Of a DNA stretch of 64,000 nucleotides, positions 53,600-64,000 are shown piece by piece. Source of the stretch: Agrobacterium sp. (lineage in GTDB: Bacteria; Pseudomonadota; Alphaproteobacteria; Rhizobiales; Rhizobiaceae); NCBI GenBank assembly GCA_034519725.1, contig JAXHOC010000024.1, positions 7,410 through 71,409 on the forward strand. Reading direction: 5' to 3'. Position numbers and translations under genes: made by a program. The notes under the pieces were generated by a model. The model was not told the DNA's origin, did not search any database, and saw only the letters and a program-made list of their open reading frames with translations. Position 1 is the stretch's first letter. Every line of letters begins with the position of its first letter.

Positions 53600-55333
53600 A
53601 TGCTGCGACGCTTCTTCGCCTATTACCGTCCCTATCGCGGTCTGTTCATTCTCGATTTTTCCTGCGCGGTGCTGTCGGGTGTTCTCGAACTCGGCTTTCC
53701 GATGGCGGTGAAGGTGTTTGTCGACGTGCTTTTGCCGGGCGGTGAATGGGCGATCATCCTTGCGGCATCGGTCGGGCTTCTGGTCATCTATGTGCTGAAT
53801 ACGGGGCTGATGGCGACCGTCACCTACTGGGGACACATGCTCGGCATCAATATCGAGACCGACATGCGGCGGCTGGCCTTCGACCATCTGCAAAAACTGT
53901 CCTTCCGCTATTTCGACAACCAGAAGACCGGCCATCTGGTCGGGCGGCTGACCAAGGATCTGGAGGAGATCGGCGAGGTGGCCCATCACGGCCCCGAGGA
54001 TCTGTTCATCGCCATCATGACCTTCATCGGCGCGTTCCTTTTGATGCTATCGGTCAATGTGCCGCTGGCGCTCGTCACCGCCGCCGTCGTGCCCGTGACA
54101 GCCTGGGTGACGAGCCGTTACGGCGGCCGCATGACGCGCAATTTCCGCGCGCTTTACGGCCGTATCGGTGATTTCAACGCCCGTATCGAGGAAAATGTCG
54201 GCGGCATGCGGGTGGTGCAGGCCTTCGCCAACGAGGACCATGAGCGGGCGCTGTTCGAGAAGGACAACCAGAGATACCGCCGCACCAAGCTCGATGCCTA
54301 CAAGATCATGGCCGCCAGCACCTCGCTCAGCTACATGAGCATGCGGCTGACGCAGATGATCGTGATGATCTGCGGCGCCTGGTTCGTGCTCACCGGCGGC
54401 CTGACGCCGGGCGGTTTTGTCGGCTTCCTGCTGCTGGTCGGGGTGTTTTTCCGCCCGGTGGAAAAGATCAATTCGGTCATCGAGACCTATCCCAAGGGCA
54501 TTGCCGGTTTCCGCCGCTTTACCGAGCTTCTGGACACGGCGCCCGATATCGTCGATGCGCCGGATGCGATCGATGCGCCGGCGCTGTCAGGCGCCATCGA
54601 ATATCGCCATGTCGGTTTCGGTTATGCCGAGGGCAAGCAGGTTCTCGACAATATCGACCTGAAGATCAACGCCGGCGAGACTGTCGCCTTCGTCGGGCCT
54701 TCGGGGGCGGGCAAAACGACGCTGTGCTCGCTTTTGCCGCGCTTTTACGACGTCACCAGCGGTTCGATCACCATTGACGGCATCGATATCCGCGAGATGA
54801 AACTCGCCTCGCTGCGCAACCAGATCGGCATCGTGCAGCAGGATGTCTTCCTGTTCGGCGGCACGATCCGCGAGAATATCGAATATGGCCGGCTTGGTGC
54901 TTCCGATGCCGACATCATGGATGCGGCGCGGCGCGCCCGGCTCGAGGGTGTCATCGAGGCGATGCCGATGGGGCTCGACACTGTCATTGGCGAACGTGGC
55001 GTGAAGCTCTCCGGCGGGCAGAAACAGCGTCTCGCCATTGCCCGCATGTTCCTCAAGAACCCGCCGATCCTCATTCTCGACGAGGCGACCTCGGCGCTCG
55101 ACACCGAAACCGAGCGAGCCATCCAGCAATCGCTGACCGAGCTTGCCAAGGGCCGCACCACGCTCGTCATCGCCCACCGTCTGGCGACGATCCGCGATGC
55201 GTCGCGCATCGTCGTCGTGGACCAGACCGGCATTGCCGAAACCGGCGCCCATGCCGAGCTTCTGGCCGCCAAGGGCCACTACAGCCGTCTGCATGAAGCG
55301 CAGTTCAGTGGGCATCTTGCCGGTTTGAGTTAA
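53600..55333 (+). CDS. ABC exporter, fused TMD + ATPase
   Basis: GPSGAGKT, LSGGQKQ, ILDEATS. Confidence 0.95.
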   Translation: MLRRFFAYYRPYRGLFILDFSCAVLSGVLELGFPMAVKVFVDVLLPGGEWAIILAASVGLLVIYVLNTGLMATVTYWGHMLGINIETDMRRLAFDHLQKLSFRYFDNQKTGHLVGRLTKDLEEIGEVAHHGPEDLFIAIMTFIGAFLLMLSVNVPLALVTAAVVPVTAWVTSRYGGRMTRNFRALYGRIGDFNARIEENVGGMRVVQAFANEDHERALFEKDNQRYRRTKLDAYKIMAASTSLSYMSMRLTQMIVMICGAWFVLTGGLTPGGFVGFLLLVGVFFRPVEKINSVIETYPKGIAGFRRFTELLDTAPDIVDAPDAIDAPALSGAIEYRHVGFGYAEGKQVLDNIDLKINAGETVAFVGPSGAGKTTLCSLLPRFYDVTSGSITIDGIDIREMKLASLRNQIGIVQQDVFLFGGTIRENIEYGRLGASDADIMDAARRARLEGVIEAMPMGLDTVIGERGVKLSGGQKQRLAIARMFLKNPPILILDEATSALDTETERAIQQSLTELAKGRTTLVIAHRLATIRDASRIVVVDQTGIAETGAHAELLAAKGHYSRLHEAQFSGHLAGLS

Positions 55334-55343
55334 GCGGCGCGGC

Positions 55344-55565
55344 TTAACGCGCCGTAGCGTTTTCCTCGATGATGCCGGTATTCGGCTCGGGTTTGCCGGG
55401 ATGGCTGCTGACGAGATATCCCATCGCGACGGCGGCGGCGACGATGAACAGCAGCACCATGCCGCTGATGGTCATCAGCCAGTCGCGCGGTCTTCGCTGC
55501 GCCATGATATATTTCGGCCATCGGCTCGGCTGGTTTCCCACGCTGAATTTATTGCCATTTCGCAT
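55344..55565 (-). CDS. small single-TM hypothetical protein
   Basis: Basic stretch followed by LMTISGMVLLFIVAAAVAMGYLV; start uncertain. Confidence 0.5.
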   Translation of the reverse strand: MRNGNKFSVGNQPSRWPKYIMAQRRPRDWLMTISGMVLLFIVAAAVAMGYLVSSHPGKPEPNTGIIEENATAR

Positions 55566-55753
55566 GAGCTTCCCCGGACTATCGTTGCTTGGTGAATGAT
55601 AAACGCGGGCATGGGCGCGGCTGTTCCGCAATGGCCGGGCAGGGGCGATGACAAGGCCGTGAGGGGTGCGGGTTGATCGGCTGTGGGTTGCCGTTGTCCA
55701 CGGGTTCCGGCGCGGCAGCCCCTGCATGTGCGGCAGCCCGCTTGCTCTCACCT

Positions 55754-55869
55754 TCCGTCATTCCGGCCTTGAGCCGGAATCCATCCGACGCGCGTCGGCG
55801 CGGCGAAGAGAGCCTTTTTCAGCCCAAGGACTTGGGCTGGCTGGATACCGGCTCAAGGCCGGTATGAGG
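55754..55869. repeat. ~115-bp composite palindromic element (CTCAAG subtype)
   Basis: CGTCATTCCGGCCTTGAGCCGGAATCCA...AGCCCAAGGACTTGGGCT...TGGATACCGGCTCAAGGCCGGTATGA. Confidence 0.82.
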
Positions 55870-55993
55870 GAGGCGGGGTTTCATGTCACCAAATCCATGG
55901 CGCGTTGTGCTGGATTGTTTCAAACGCGCACCGTCTGCGGCATCGCGCACCGGCAAACAGCTTCTAAACTCCCCTTGCCAGCCGACATCCGTT

Positions 55994-56011
55994 ATGCGAA
56001 TGATTTGCAAT
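55994..56011. promoter_or_regulatory. Mur (Mn-responsive Fur) box
   Basis: ATGCGAATGATTTGCAAT directly upstream of mntH; matches the rhizobial Mur-type TGC-A-N5-T-GCA pattern. Confidence 0.7.
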
Positions 56012-56045
56012 TGCATTATTCGATTTCGATTTGAAAGTTCGCAAG

Positions 56046-57371
56046 ATGGACAAGCCTGTGTTTGGATGGCGGCGGAGTGGTGACGATCTGTCGCTGTCCG
56101 ACGTTCACAGTTCGATCAAGATAAGCCCGAATGCCGGTACGTTTCGCCGGGCGATGGCGTTTTTCGGACCCGGTTATCTCGTCGCGGTCGGTTACATGGA
56201 CCCCGGCAACTGGGCGACATCGCTCGCCGGTGGTTCCAAGTTCGGGTACACGCTGCTGACGGTGGCGCTGATATCGAACATCATGGCCGTTGTCCTTCAG
56301 GCGCTCTGTGCCCGTCTGGCGATTGCGTCCGGGCGCGATCTGGCTCAGGCCGGTCGCGATGCCTATCCCAAACCCGTGGCGATCGTGCTGTGGTTGCTCG
56401 CCGAAATCGCCATCATCGCGACCGATATCGCCGAGGTGATCGGCACGGCGATCGGTCTCAACCTGATTTTCGGCATTCCGCTCGAACTCGGCGTCCTCAT
56501 CACCGCGCTTGACGTGTTCCTGATCCTTTATCTGCAAAGGCTCGGTTTCCGCTGGGTGGAAGCGCTTGTCATCACGCTTCTCGGCGTCATCGCGGTGTGT
56601 TTCGCCATTCAGCTGGCGCTGGCCGATCCCGACTGGGGCCAGGTGATCCGTGGTTTTGCGCCGACGACGGAGATCGTCAGCAATCCCGAGATGCTCTATC
56701 TGGCGCTCGGCATTCTCGGCGCGACGGTGATGCCGCATAATCTCTACCTGCATTCCGGCATCGTGCAGACGCGCGCCATTGGCGACACGATTGCCGAAAA
56801 ACGCGAGGCGCTGAAATTCGCCACGCTCGATTCAACCATCGCCCTGACATTCGCTCTTGTCATCAACGCCGCGATCCTCATCCTTGCGGCAGCGACCTTC
56901 AACAAGACGGGTCAGACGAATGTTGCCGAGTTGGGCGAAGCGCATAATCTGCTTGCGCCGCTGCTCGGCCTTGCGATTGCGCCGACGCTGTTCGGGGTGG
57001 CGCTTTTGTGCTGCGGCCTCAACTCCACCGTCACGGCAACGCTTGCGGGCCAGATCGTGATGGAGGGTTTCCTCAAGATGCAGCTTGCCCCGTGGCTGCG
57101 CCGCCTCATCACCCGCGGCATCGCCATCATCCCCGCCGCCGGCGTCACCATCGCCTTCGGCGACAGCGGCACGGGGCAACTGTTGATCCTGACGCAGGTG
57201 GTGCTGAGCCTGCAACTCTCCTTCGCCGTCTTCCCGCTCGTCATGTTCACCGCCGACCGGACGAAGATGGGCGAACTATGCGCCCCGCGCTGGCTCTCGG
57301 CATTTGCCTGGTTCATCGCGGTGGTAATTGCTGGCCTGAATGTGAAATTGCTGTTTGATTTTGTGGCTTGA
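56046..57371 (+). CDS. mntH: Nramp divalent metal transporter
   Basis: [24 protein letters not shown]. Confidence 0.96.
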   Translation: MDKPVFGWRRSGDDLSLSDVHSSIKISPNAGTFRRAMAFFGPGYLVAVGYMDPGNWATSLAGGSKFGYTLLTVALISNIMAVVLQALCARLAIASGRDLAQAGRDAYPKPVAIVLWLLAEIAIIATDIAEVIGTAIGLNLIFGIPLELGVLITALDVFLILYLQRLGFRWVEALVITLLGVIAVCFAIQLALADPDWGQVIRGFAPTTEIVSNPEMLYLALGILGATVMPHNLYLHSGIVQTRAIGDTIAEKREALKFATLDSTIALTFALVINAAILILAAATFNKTGQTNVAELGEAHNLLAPLLGLAIAPTLFGVALLCCGLNSTVTATLAGQIVMEGFLKMQLAPWLRRLITRGIAIIPAAGVTIAFGDSGTGQLLILTQVVLSLQLSFAVFPLVMFTADRTKMGELCAPRWLSAFAWFIAVVIAGLNVKLLFDFVA

Positions 57372-57380
57372 GCAAAGGCG

Positions 57381-57722
57381 TCAGGCCGCGCCTTTTTGAA
57401 GTGCTGCCGCCGTGCCCTCGGGATCGACGGCGATGACTTTGAGATAGGCGCGGGCGGGTTGATCCGGCTCGCTGCGACCCTGTTCCCAATCGCGCAGGGT
57501 GCCGAGCGGAATATGGTAGCGAGCGGAAAACTCCTCCTGCGTCAGCTTCAACGCCCGGCGGATGATTTTTATGCGCGGCATTTTCTTCGCATTAGCGAGC
57601 TGTTCGGCGGAAAGCGGCGGATTGTCGGGATCGGTAAGCGCATTGGCATCCGCTTCTTCGTCGGTCATGGCGTGCAGGCGGACCCAGTCGGTTTGATCGA
57701 TTTTACCAGCCATTGTCGTCAT
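57381..57722 (-). CDS. XRE/HTH_3 antitoxin-like regulator
   Basis: TDWVRLHAMTDEE..DPDNPP N-terminus, IRRALKLTQEEFS...TLRDWEQGR HTH. Confidence 0.85.
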   Translation of the reverse strand: MTTMAGKIDQTDWVRLHAMTDEEADANALTDPDNPPLSAEQLANAKKMPRIKIIRRALKLTQEEFSARYHIPLGTLRDWEQGRSEPDQPARAYLKVIAVDPEGTAAALQKGAA

Positions 57723-57741
57723 ATTCCTTACGCTCTGCTCG
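57703..57741 (-). pseudogene. 3' remnant of a BrnT-like toxin gene
   Basis: Reads RAERKEYDDNGW* and overlaps the antitoxin start; resembles the (ISAR.A)..ER..Y tail of BrnT toxins; short, so the assignment is inference. Confidence 0.45.
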
Positions 57742-57745
57742 TATG

Positions 57746-58375
57746 TTATTTTGATGGCGGCTTTCCTGCTGCCGCTAATTTCGCATTTAATGCGGCCTTT
57801 TTTTGAGCTGCAACTGCGGGGCGTTCGTAAAAGTGGTCGAACAACTCTTCTAATATTTCGAGACACCACTCGGCTTCTTCAGCCTCCACATCTATGATTT
57901 GCAGCGTTGTTTTTTCATCTATCGGATGCGCAGAAAAGTTTCCAAAATTACGGATGGCATCAACTGTTTCATGCAAGCCAATCGGTAGCGCTTTCTTGGG
58001 GTCTGTCTCACTAATTAGGGCGTCGACCTGCTTTGCCAAATCTTTTGCTTTATATCCAAAGCTATTTAGAATGTTTTGTAAGCAACGACGCGCTAGTGCG
58101 GCTGACGCCTTTGGACTAATTGGTAGAACGTTACATGCCTCAAAGTAATCTATTGATATTTCATGGGGAACAAATGCGGATATTGGTTCTCTTGAATTAG
58201 TGTTCGGCTCCACCATGCGCTGTTGATCATCTTCATCTTCAAGTAAGATAGTCAATTTATCACATTCTGGACATAAGGCGGTATTGTATGTCCAGTTCGT
58301 TGCCTTGTTGTGTCTATAAATAAATCCACGAATCCAATTTTCATGAAAATTAATCGAGCAGTGAGGGCAACGCAT
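57746..58375 (-). CDS. Zn-ribbon + DUF4145 (HEPN-like) protein, AT-rich
   Basis: CPHC...CPEC, DYFEA, SPKASAALARRCLQ, IRNFGNFSAH. Confidence 0.85.
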   Translation of the reverse strand: MRCPHCSINFHENWIRGFIYRHNKATNWTYNTALCPECDKLTILLEDEDDQQRMVEPNTNSREPISAFVPHEISIDYFEACNVLPISPKASAALARRCLQNILNSFGYKAKDLAKQVDALISETDPKKALPIGLHETVDAIRNFGNFSAHPIDEKTTLQIIDVEAEEAEWCLEILEELFDHFYERPAVAAQKKAALNAKLAAAGKPPSK

Positions 58376-58390
58376 TTTGAATCCTTCAAG

Positions 58391-58428
58391 AAAAATCCCC
58401 GCAGCGAACAAAATCGCTGCAGGGATAT
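58391..58428 (-). terminator. intrinsic terminator after nrdJ
   Basis: Minus strand ATCCCTGCAGCGA-TTTTGT-TCGCTGCGGGGATTTTT. Confidence 0.7.
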
Positions 58429-58483
58429 AATCATCTCAACTTTAGCAATTTAAAAGTGGAGATACCACTTATACATGTATTTC

Positions 58484-61400
58484 TCAGCTGCAACCGCTCG
58501 TTGCACCACAAGTATCGCACTTCTCACACGTGCCATTGCGAACCATCGTAAAATTCTGGCATTCCGAGCACATGTTGCCGGTATAGCCTTGAGCAATGGA
58601 GCGCATGCGGCGTTCGTTTTCCACCTTCTTGGCTTCGGTCTTGGCCGATGCGGCGTCTGCGGCGGCCTTGTCGGAGAAGAGGGCGGTGGCGGTCTGTTTG
58701 GTTTCCTGGACCACGTCGTCGATCACCTCTTCGGCAATCTCTTCCGCCAGTTCCTTGGCACGTTCCTCATAGTCACGCTTGAAGGCGACGATTTCGGAGG
58801 TGTTGATGGCAACTGTCGGTTCCAGCTTGCGGGCGGCTGAGCCTGCAAAGGAGGTGACGTTGGTGGACGCGCGGGCGGGGGCTGCCGTTGCCGAACCCTT
58901 GGGCTCGGAAGCGGCGCGTTCGCCTTCGTTGCTGGAAACCAGCGTCGGCTTGTAACCGCGTGTCCAGCCGGTGGAGAGCAGGTTGGTCTTGCCTTCCTGG
59001 ATACCCTTGCCGAGTGCGGTATTGGAGAAATCCGACGTATCGACATGGGCGAGATCGTGGCGGCCGAGATAGGACACGGCGAGTTCACGGAACACGTAGT
59101 CGAGGATCGACGTGGCGTTCTTGATCGCGTCGTTGCCCTGCACCATGCCGGCCGGCTCGAACTTGGTGAAGGTGAAGGCCTCCACATATTCTTCCAGCGG
59201 CACGCCATATTGCAGGCCGAGCGAGATGGCGATGGCGAAGTTGTTCATCATCGCGCGGAAGGCGGCGCCTTCCTTGTGCATGTCGATGAAGATCTCGCCG
59301 AGGCGGCCGTCGTCGAACTCGCCGGTGCGCAGATAGACCTTGTGGCCGCCGACGGTTGCCTTCTGGGTGTAGCCCTGACGGCGGTTCGGCAGCTTTTCAC
59401 GCTCGCGCGATACGCGCTCGATCACGCGCTCGACGATCTTTTCGGTGATCGTCACGGCCTGCTGGGCCAGCGGCTGCTGGATCAGTTCCTCGACGAAATC
59501 TTCTTCGTCGTCATCTTCCACCAGCGAAGCGAGTTGAGCGGCTGCGACAGCTTGGAGCCGTCGCGGTAGAGCGCGTTGGCCTTCAGCGCCAGCTTCCAGG
59601 ACAGCAGGTAGGCCGATTTGCAGTCCTCGACGGTCGCATCGTTGGGCATGTTGATCGTCTTGGAGATCGCGCCGGAGATGAAGGGCTGAGCCGCCGCCAT
59701 CATGCGGATGTGCGCTCTCGACCGAGAGATAGCGCTTGCCGATCTTGCCGCAGGGGTTGGCGCAATCGAACACCGGCAGGTGCTCGGTCTTGAGGAACGG
59801 CGCGCCTTCCAGCGTCATCGCGCCGCAGACATGGACGTTGGCCGCCTCGATGTCCTTCTTGGCAAAGCCGAGATGGTCGAGCAGGTTGAAGCTGACGTCG
59901 GAGAGTTGCTCGTCGGAAACCTTGAGCGTGCCCTTGAGGAAATCGGCGCCGAGCGTCCACTGGTTGAAGACGAACTTGATGTCGAAGGCGCTCTTCAGCG
60001 CGGCGTTGACGGCCTCGATCTTCTCGTCGGTGAAGCCCTTGGCCTTCAGCGTCGAGCCGGGATTGATGGCCGGCGCCTGGTTGAGGTTGCCGTGGCCGAC
60101 GGCATAGGCCTCGATCTCGGCGATCTGGCTCTCGGTGTAGCCGAGCGCGCGCAGCGCATCGGGCACGGCGCGGTTGATGATCTTGAAGTAGCCGCCGCCG
60201 GCGAGCTTCTTGAACTTCACCAGCGCGAAGTCGGGCTCGATGCCGGTGGTGTCGCAATCCATCACGAGGCCGATCGTGCCGGTCGGCGCGATGACGGTGG
60301 TCTGGGCGTTGCGGTAGCCGTGCTTCTCGCCAAGCTCCAGCGCCTGGTCCCAGGCGGCGGTGGCGTGCGCCGATCAGGCGCCTGTCCGGGCAGTCGGCGT
60401 GCGATCGAGCGGCGACCGGGCTGACGCGACAGGCCCTCGTAGCCGTCGGTGTCGCCATAGGCGGCGCGGCGGTGGTTGCGGATGACGCGCAGCATGTGGT
60501 CGCGGTTGCGGTTTTCCTCGTAGTCCGGGAAGGCGCCGAGCTCGCCGGCCATTTCGGCCGAGGTGGCATAGGACACGCCGGTCATGATCGCGGTGAGCGC
60601 GCCGCAGATGGCGCGGCCCTCGTCCGAGTCATAGGGGATGCCCGAGGTCATCAGCAGGCCGCCGATATTGGCGTAGCCGAGGCCGAGCGTGCGGTACTCG
60701 TAGGACAGCTCGGCGATCTCCTGGGACGGGAACTGCGCCATCATCACCGAGATTTCGAGCACGACGGTCCACAGCCGGCACGGTGTGCTCGTAGGCGGCG
60801 ACGTCGAACGCTTGGCCGTCGGCGTTGCGGAACGGTCAGCAGGTTGAGCGACGCGAGGTTGCAGGCCGTGTCGTCGAGGAACATGTATTCCGAGCACGGG
60901 TTGGAGGCGCGGATCGGGCCGGCGGCCGGGCAGGTGTGCCACTCGTTGATGGTGGTGTGGAACTGCAGGCCCGGATCGGCCGAGGCCCAGGCGGCGTAGC
61001 CGATCTTCTCCCACAGGTCGCGGGCCTTCAGCGTCTTGGTGACCTTGCCGTTGGTGCGGGCGGTCAGGTTCCAGTTGCCATCGGTCTCGACGGCGCGCAG
61101 GAACTCGTCGGTGACGCGCACCGAGTTGTTGGAGTTCTGGCCCGAGACGGTGAGGTAGGCCTCGCAATCCCAGTCGGTGTCGTAGATCGGGAACTCGATG
61201 TCGGTGTAGCCCTGCCGCGCGAACTGGATGACGCGCTGGATGTAGTTCTCCGGCACCAGCGCCTTGCGGGCGAGCTTGATCTCGCGCTTCAGCGCCGGGT
61301 TCTTCGTCGGGTCGAAGCAGTCGTCGCCGGTCGCGCCGTCGCAGTTCACGCAGGCCTTCATGATGGCCTTCAGGTGCTTCTGGACGATCTTGGAGCCGGT

Positions 61401-62324
61401 GACGAGCGCGGCGACCTTCTGCTCCTCCTTCACCTTCCAGTCGATGTAGTCCTCGATATCGGGATGGTCGACGTCGACGACGACCATCTTGGCGGCGCGG
61501 CGGGTGGTGCCGCCCGACTTGATGGCGCCGGCGGCGCGGTCGCCGATCTTGAGGAAGCTCATCAGGCCCGACGACTTGCCGCCGCCCGACAGCTTCTCGC
61601 CTTCGCCGCGCAGCGACGAGAAGTTGGAGCCGGTGCCCGAGCCGTACTTGAACAGGCGCGCCTCGCGCACCCACAGGTCCATGATGCCGCCCTCGTTGAC
61701 GAGGTCGTCCTCGACCGACTGGATGAAGCAGGCATGCGGCTGCGGATGCTCGTAGGCCGACTTCGACTTCGTCAGCTTGCCGGTCTTGGAGTCGACGTAA
61801 TAGTGGCCCTGGCCGGGGCCATCGATGCCGTAGGCCCAGTGCAGGCCGGTGTTGAACCACTGCGGCGAGTTCGGCGCGACGCGCTGCGTGGCCAGCATGT
61901 AGGCGAGCTCGTCGAAGAAGGCGCGCGCGTCCTCTTCGCCGTCGAAATAGCCGCCCTTCCAGCCCCAGTAGGTCCAGGTGCCGGCGAGGCGGTCGAAGAC
62001 CTGGCGGGCGTCGGTTTCCGAGCCGTAGCGCTCGGCCTCGGGGAGCTTGGCCAGCGCCGTCTCGTCGGGAACCGAGCGCCACAGGAAGGAGGGAACGTCG
62101 TTCTCCTCGACCTTCTTCAGCACCTTCGGCACGCCGGCCTTGCGGAAATACTTCTGCGCCAGAACGTCGGTCGCCACCTGGCTGAACTGCGCGGGAACGT
62201 CGATATCCGCCAGACGGAACACGATCGAACCATCCGGGTTCTTGATCTCGCTGACGGCCTTGCGGAAGGCGATTTCCGCGTAAGGCGACTGGCCGGGCTT
62301 CGTGAAGCGGCGTTCGATGCGCAT
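58484..62324 (-). CDS. nrdJ: vitamin B12-dependent (class II) ribonucleotide reductase, multiple frameshifts (~59535, ~59715, ~60365-60425, ~60780-60835)
   Basis: [37 protein letters not shown]-type domain, C-terminal [15 protein letters not shown]. Confidence 0.95.
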
Positions 62325-62489
62325 GGTTTCCTGTTCCTCGTCCATTGGGCGCCCGGCAAAGGGCGCAAAAATTCATGCCAGCCGTGCGAACTCTGCGCGC
62401 AGCCGGTTGTTGCCGATCTGAAAGGGATGTTCATCCTTGGATGTCATCCCTGTATCTCGTGGCTTATACGGCTGCAAGCATAGTGTGGA

Positions 62490-62505
62490 ATACTAAATAT
62501 AGTAT
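62490..62505. promoter_or_regulatory. NrdR box
   Basis: ATACTAAATATAGTAT 16-bp palindrome upstream of nrdJ. Confidence 0.75.
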
Positions 62506-62739
62506 CAACAGCTTCCTGAAGCCAGTGTCCCGCGTCATGTTTTTGGCGCATCTCGAAAGCCACGCAAATCCGCTGGCGCACCACCCTTCATGGGTCGGAA
62601 AGCCTTGTTCTCGAACTTGCGAGCTGAGATTGAAAAGAACCGGCCTCGTTACTCTCCGGTCCGTTGCCGCCGCAACATAACTGTCACTTTCCTCCCGTGA
62701 CATAGATTCGTCAAGCGCTAGATTGAAACGGTTTTTTAA

Positions 62740-62755
62740 CCACAAGATATTGTGT
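62740..62755. promoter_or_regulatory. NrdR box
   Basis: CCACAAGATATTGTGT. Confidence 0.75.
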
Positions 62756-62946
62756 GGAGTGCCTGTGGAAAACGGGGATAGGAAAAGCGTTCAAAAAAAT
62801 CAGTGACTTGGCGCGGGACTTTGAAGCTTGCGCGGGGCTGGTTTCCGCAACGGAAAGCGAAAACCCCGCATTTCCGGGGTGAGGCATAAAGGCGACACTG
62901 CGGTTTTTCCGTGTTTTTTACCGTCGCCTCAAAAACGTTTCCCCAC

Positions 62947-62975
62947 AAAAAAGCCGCCCCGGCGGGACGGCTTTT
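62947..62975. terminator. terminator after gpt
   Basis: AAAAAAGCCG..CGGCTTTT hairpin. Confidence 0.6.
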
Positions 62976-63003
62976 CCGGCTTGATTTTCGTGGCGGCCAG
63001 CGA

Positions 63004-63506
63004 TCAGCCGCGCGATCCCTTGGCGATCGGCTCCTGATAGGTGAAGCCCATGTCCCAGGGAAAATAAATCCAGGTGTCCTGGCTGACTTCGGTGACAAAG
63101 GTGTCGATGGTCGGCACGCCCTTTGGCTTGGCGTAGACGCAGGCAAAATGTGCCTTCGGCAACATTTCGCGCACTTCCAGGGCGGTCTTGCCGGTGTCGG
63201 TCAGGTCGTCGATGACGAGCACGCCTTCGCCGCCATCGGTCATCAGGTGTCGGGCGCCATCGCCCTTCAGAGAACCTGCGTGTCGCCCTGGTCGACGTAA
63301 TCGTGGCGGGTGGCAATGCACACCGTGTCGATCAGGCGGATGTTCAGTTCGCGGGAAATGATCGCCGCCGGAACGAGACCGCCACGGGTGATACAGACGA
63401 TCGCCCGGAACTCCCGGCCAACGCCTGCAAGACGCCACGCAAGCGCGCGGGCATCGCGGTGAAACTGATCCCAGGTGACGGGAAAGGCTTTTTCGGGAAG
63501 GGACAT
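63004..63506 (-). CDS. gpt: xanthine phosphoribosyltransferase, frameshift ~63270
   Basis: [40 protein letters not shown]. Confidence 0.93.
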
Positions 63507-63632
63507 GTCGTCTACCATCTGGTCAAAATTGTCGATGGCTTTGGCTAATAGCCGCAAGACCTGCAAAAAGGCAAGCTTTGTGCACAAAGTCCTGCGGGAG
63601 ATCCGATACGAAGCGCAAGAGCGCTGCTTTTT

Positions 63633-63753
63633 TCTTCTCCCCGCCGGGGAGAAGGTGGCGCGAAGCGCCGGATCAGGGGGCAACGCCAGCGATTGGACCG
63701 CAAGCTTGCCCCCTCAACCCGCTGCCGCGACCTTCTCCCCGGCGGGGAGAAGA
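63633..63753. repeat. RIME-like element
   Basis: TCTTCTCCCCGCCGGGGAGAAGGT ... ACCTTCTCCCCGGCGGGGAGAAGA inverted self-palindromic arms. Confidence 0.85.
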
Positions 63754-63835
63754 CACAAGCGGCGTTCGCTCGCTTCATGCGTGATGCCGAAGGGGAGCTT
63801 GCGGCGGTATCCGCGCCGCATGCGTGTTTGCCGTA

Positions 63836-64000
63836 TTAACGCGACAAAAGCGTCATCGCCGTCATGGAATCGAGCAGCGTGCGCGTCACGCCGCCGAACA
63901 GCAGTTCCCACCAGCGGGAATGGCCGTAGGCGCCCATGACCAGAAGGTCGATGCTGTGGTCCGACAGCCGGTTTTCGATGGCGGCCTGCGCCGAGACGCC
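63836..64000 (-). CDS. universal stress protein, C-terminal part (continues beyond window)
   Basis: DLLVMGAYGHSRWWELLFGGVTRTLL..LLSR*; not in the ORF track. Confidence 0.9.
   Translation of the reverse strand, partial: GVSAQAAIENRLSDHSIDLLVMGAYGHSRWWELLFGGVTRTLLDSMTAMTLLSR

Noticed and set aside
62345-62740. Cobalamin riboswitch upstream of nrdJ
   Set aside because: No B12-box or conserved core recognised by eye; an Rfam scan would settle it.

Overview
From ~2485 to the end, this is housekeeping chromosome of a Rhizobiaceae bacterium. Gene content, order and codon style are Agrobacterium-like: BMP-family SBP, glmU-glmS, recG-sdhE-mfd, yejA-like SBP, ialB, hspQ, glnB-glnA, nnr, sdaA, BTLCP-PilZ-PAS-rhomboid, hisI-folE, thrS, mntH, nrdJ, gpt, USP. 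The first ~2484 bp are visibly AT-rich. They carry a frameshifted IS4-superfamily DDE transposase, translationally coupled to a small upstream ORF, and join the GC-rich part abruptly with a gene truncated on each side (probable chimeric junction). Many conserved genes (mfd, nnr, thrS, nrdJ, gpt, nitroreductase, flavin reductase, rhomboid) are frameshifted. mfd and nrdJ also contain internal blocks with different codon usage, which points to noisy or mosaic assembly rather than real pseudogenes. Accessory highlights: two back-to-back type II TA modules; an AT-rich islet where a Zn-ribbon/DUF4145 (HEPN-like) gene appears to have replaced a BrnT-like toxin in front of an XRE antitoxin; three families of intergenic palindromic repeats, one with co-varying hairpins; a tRNA-Thr-anticodon-like hairpin in the thrS leader; and an unlisted 33-aa membrane ORF. 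All family assignments come from motif recognition by eye; no searches were run.
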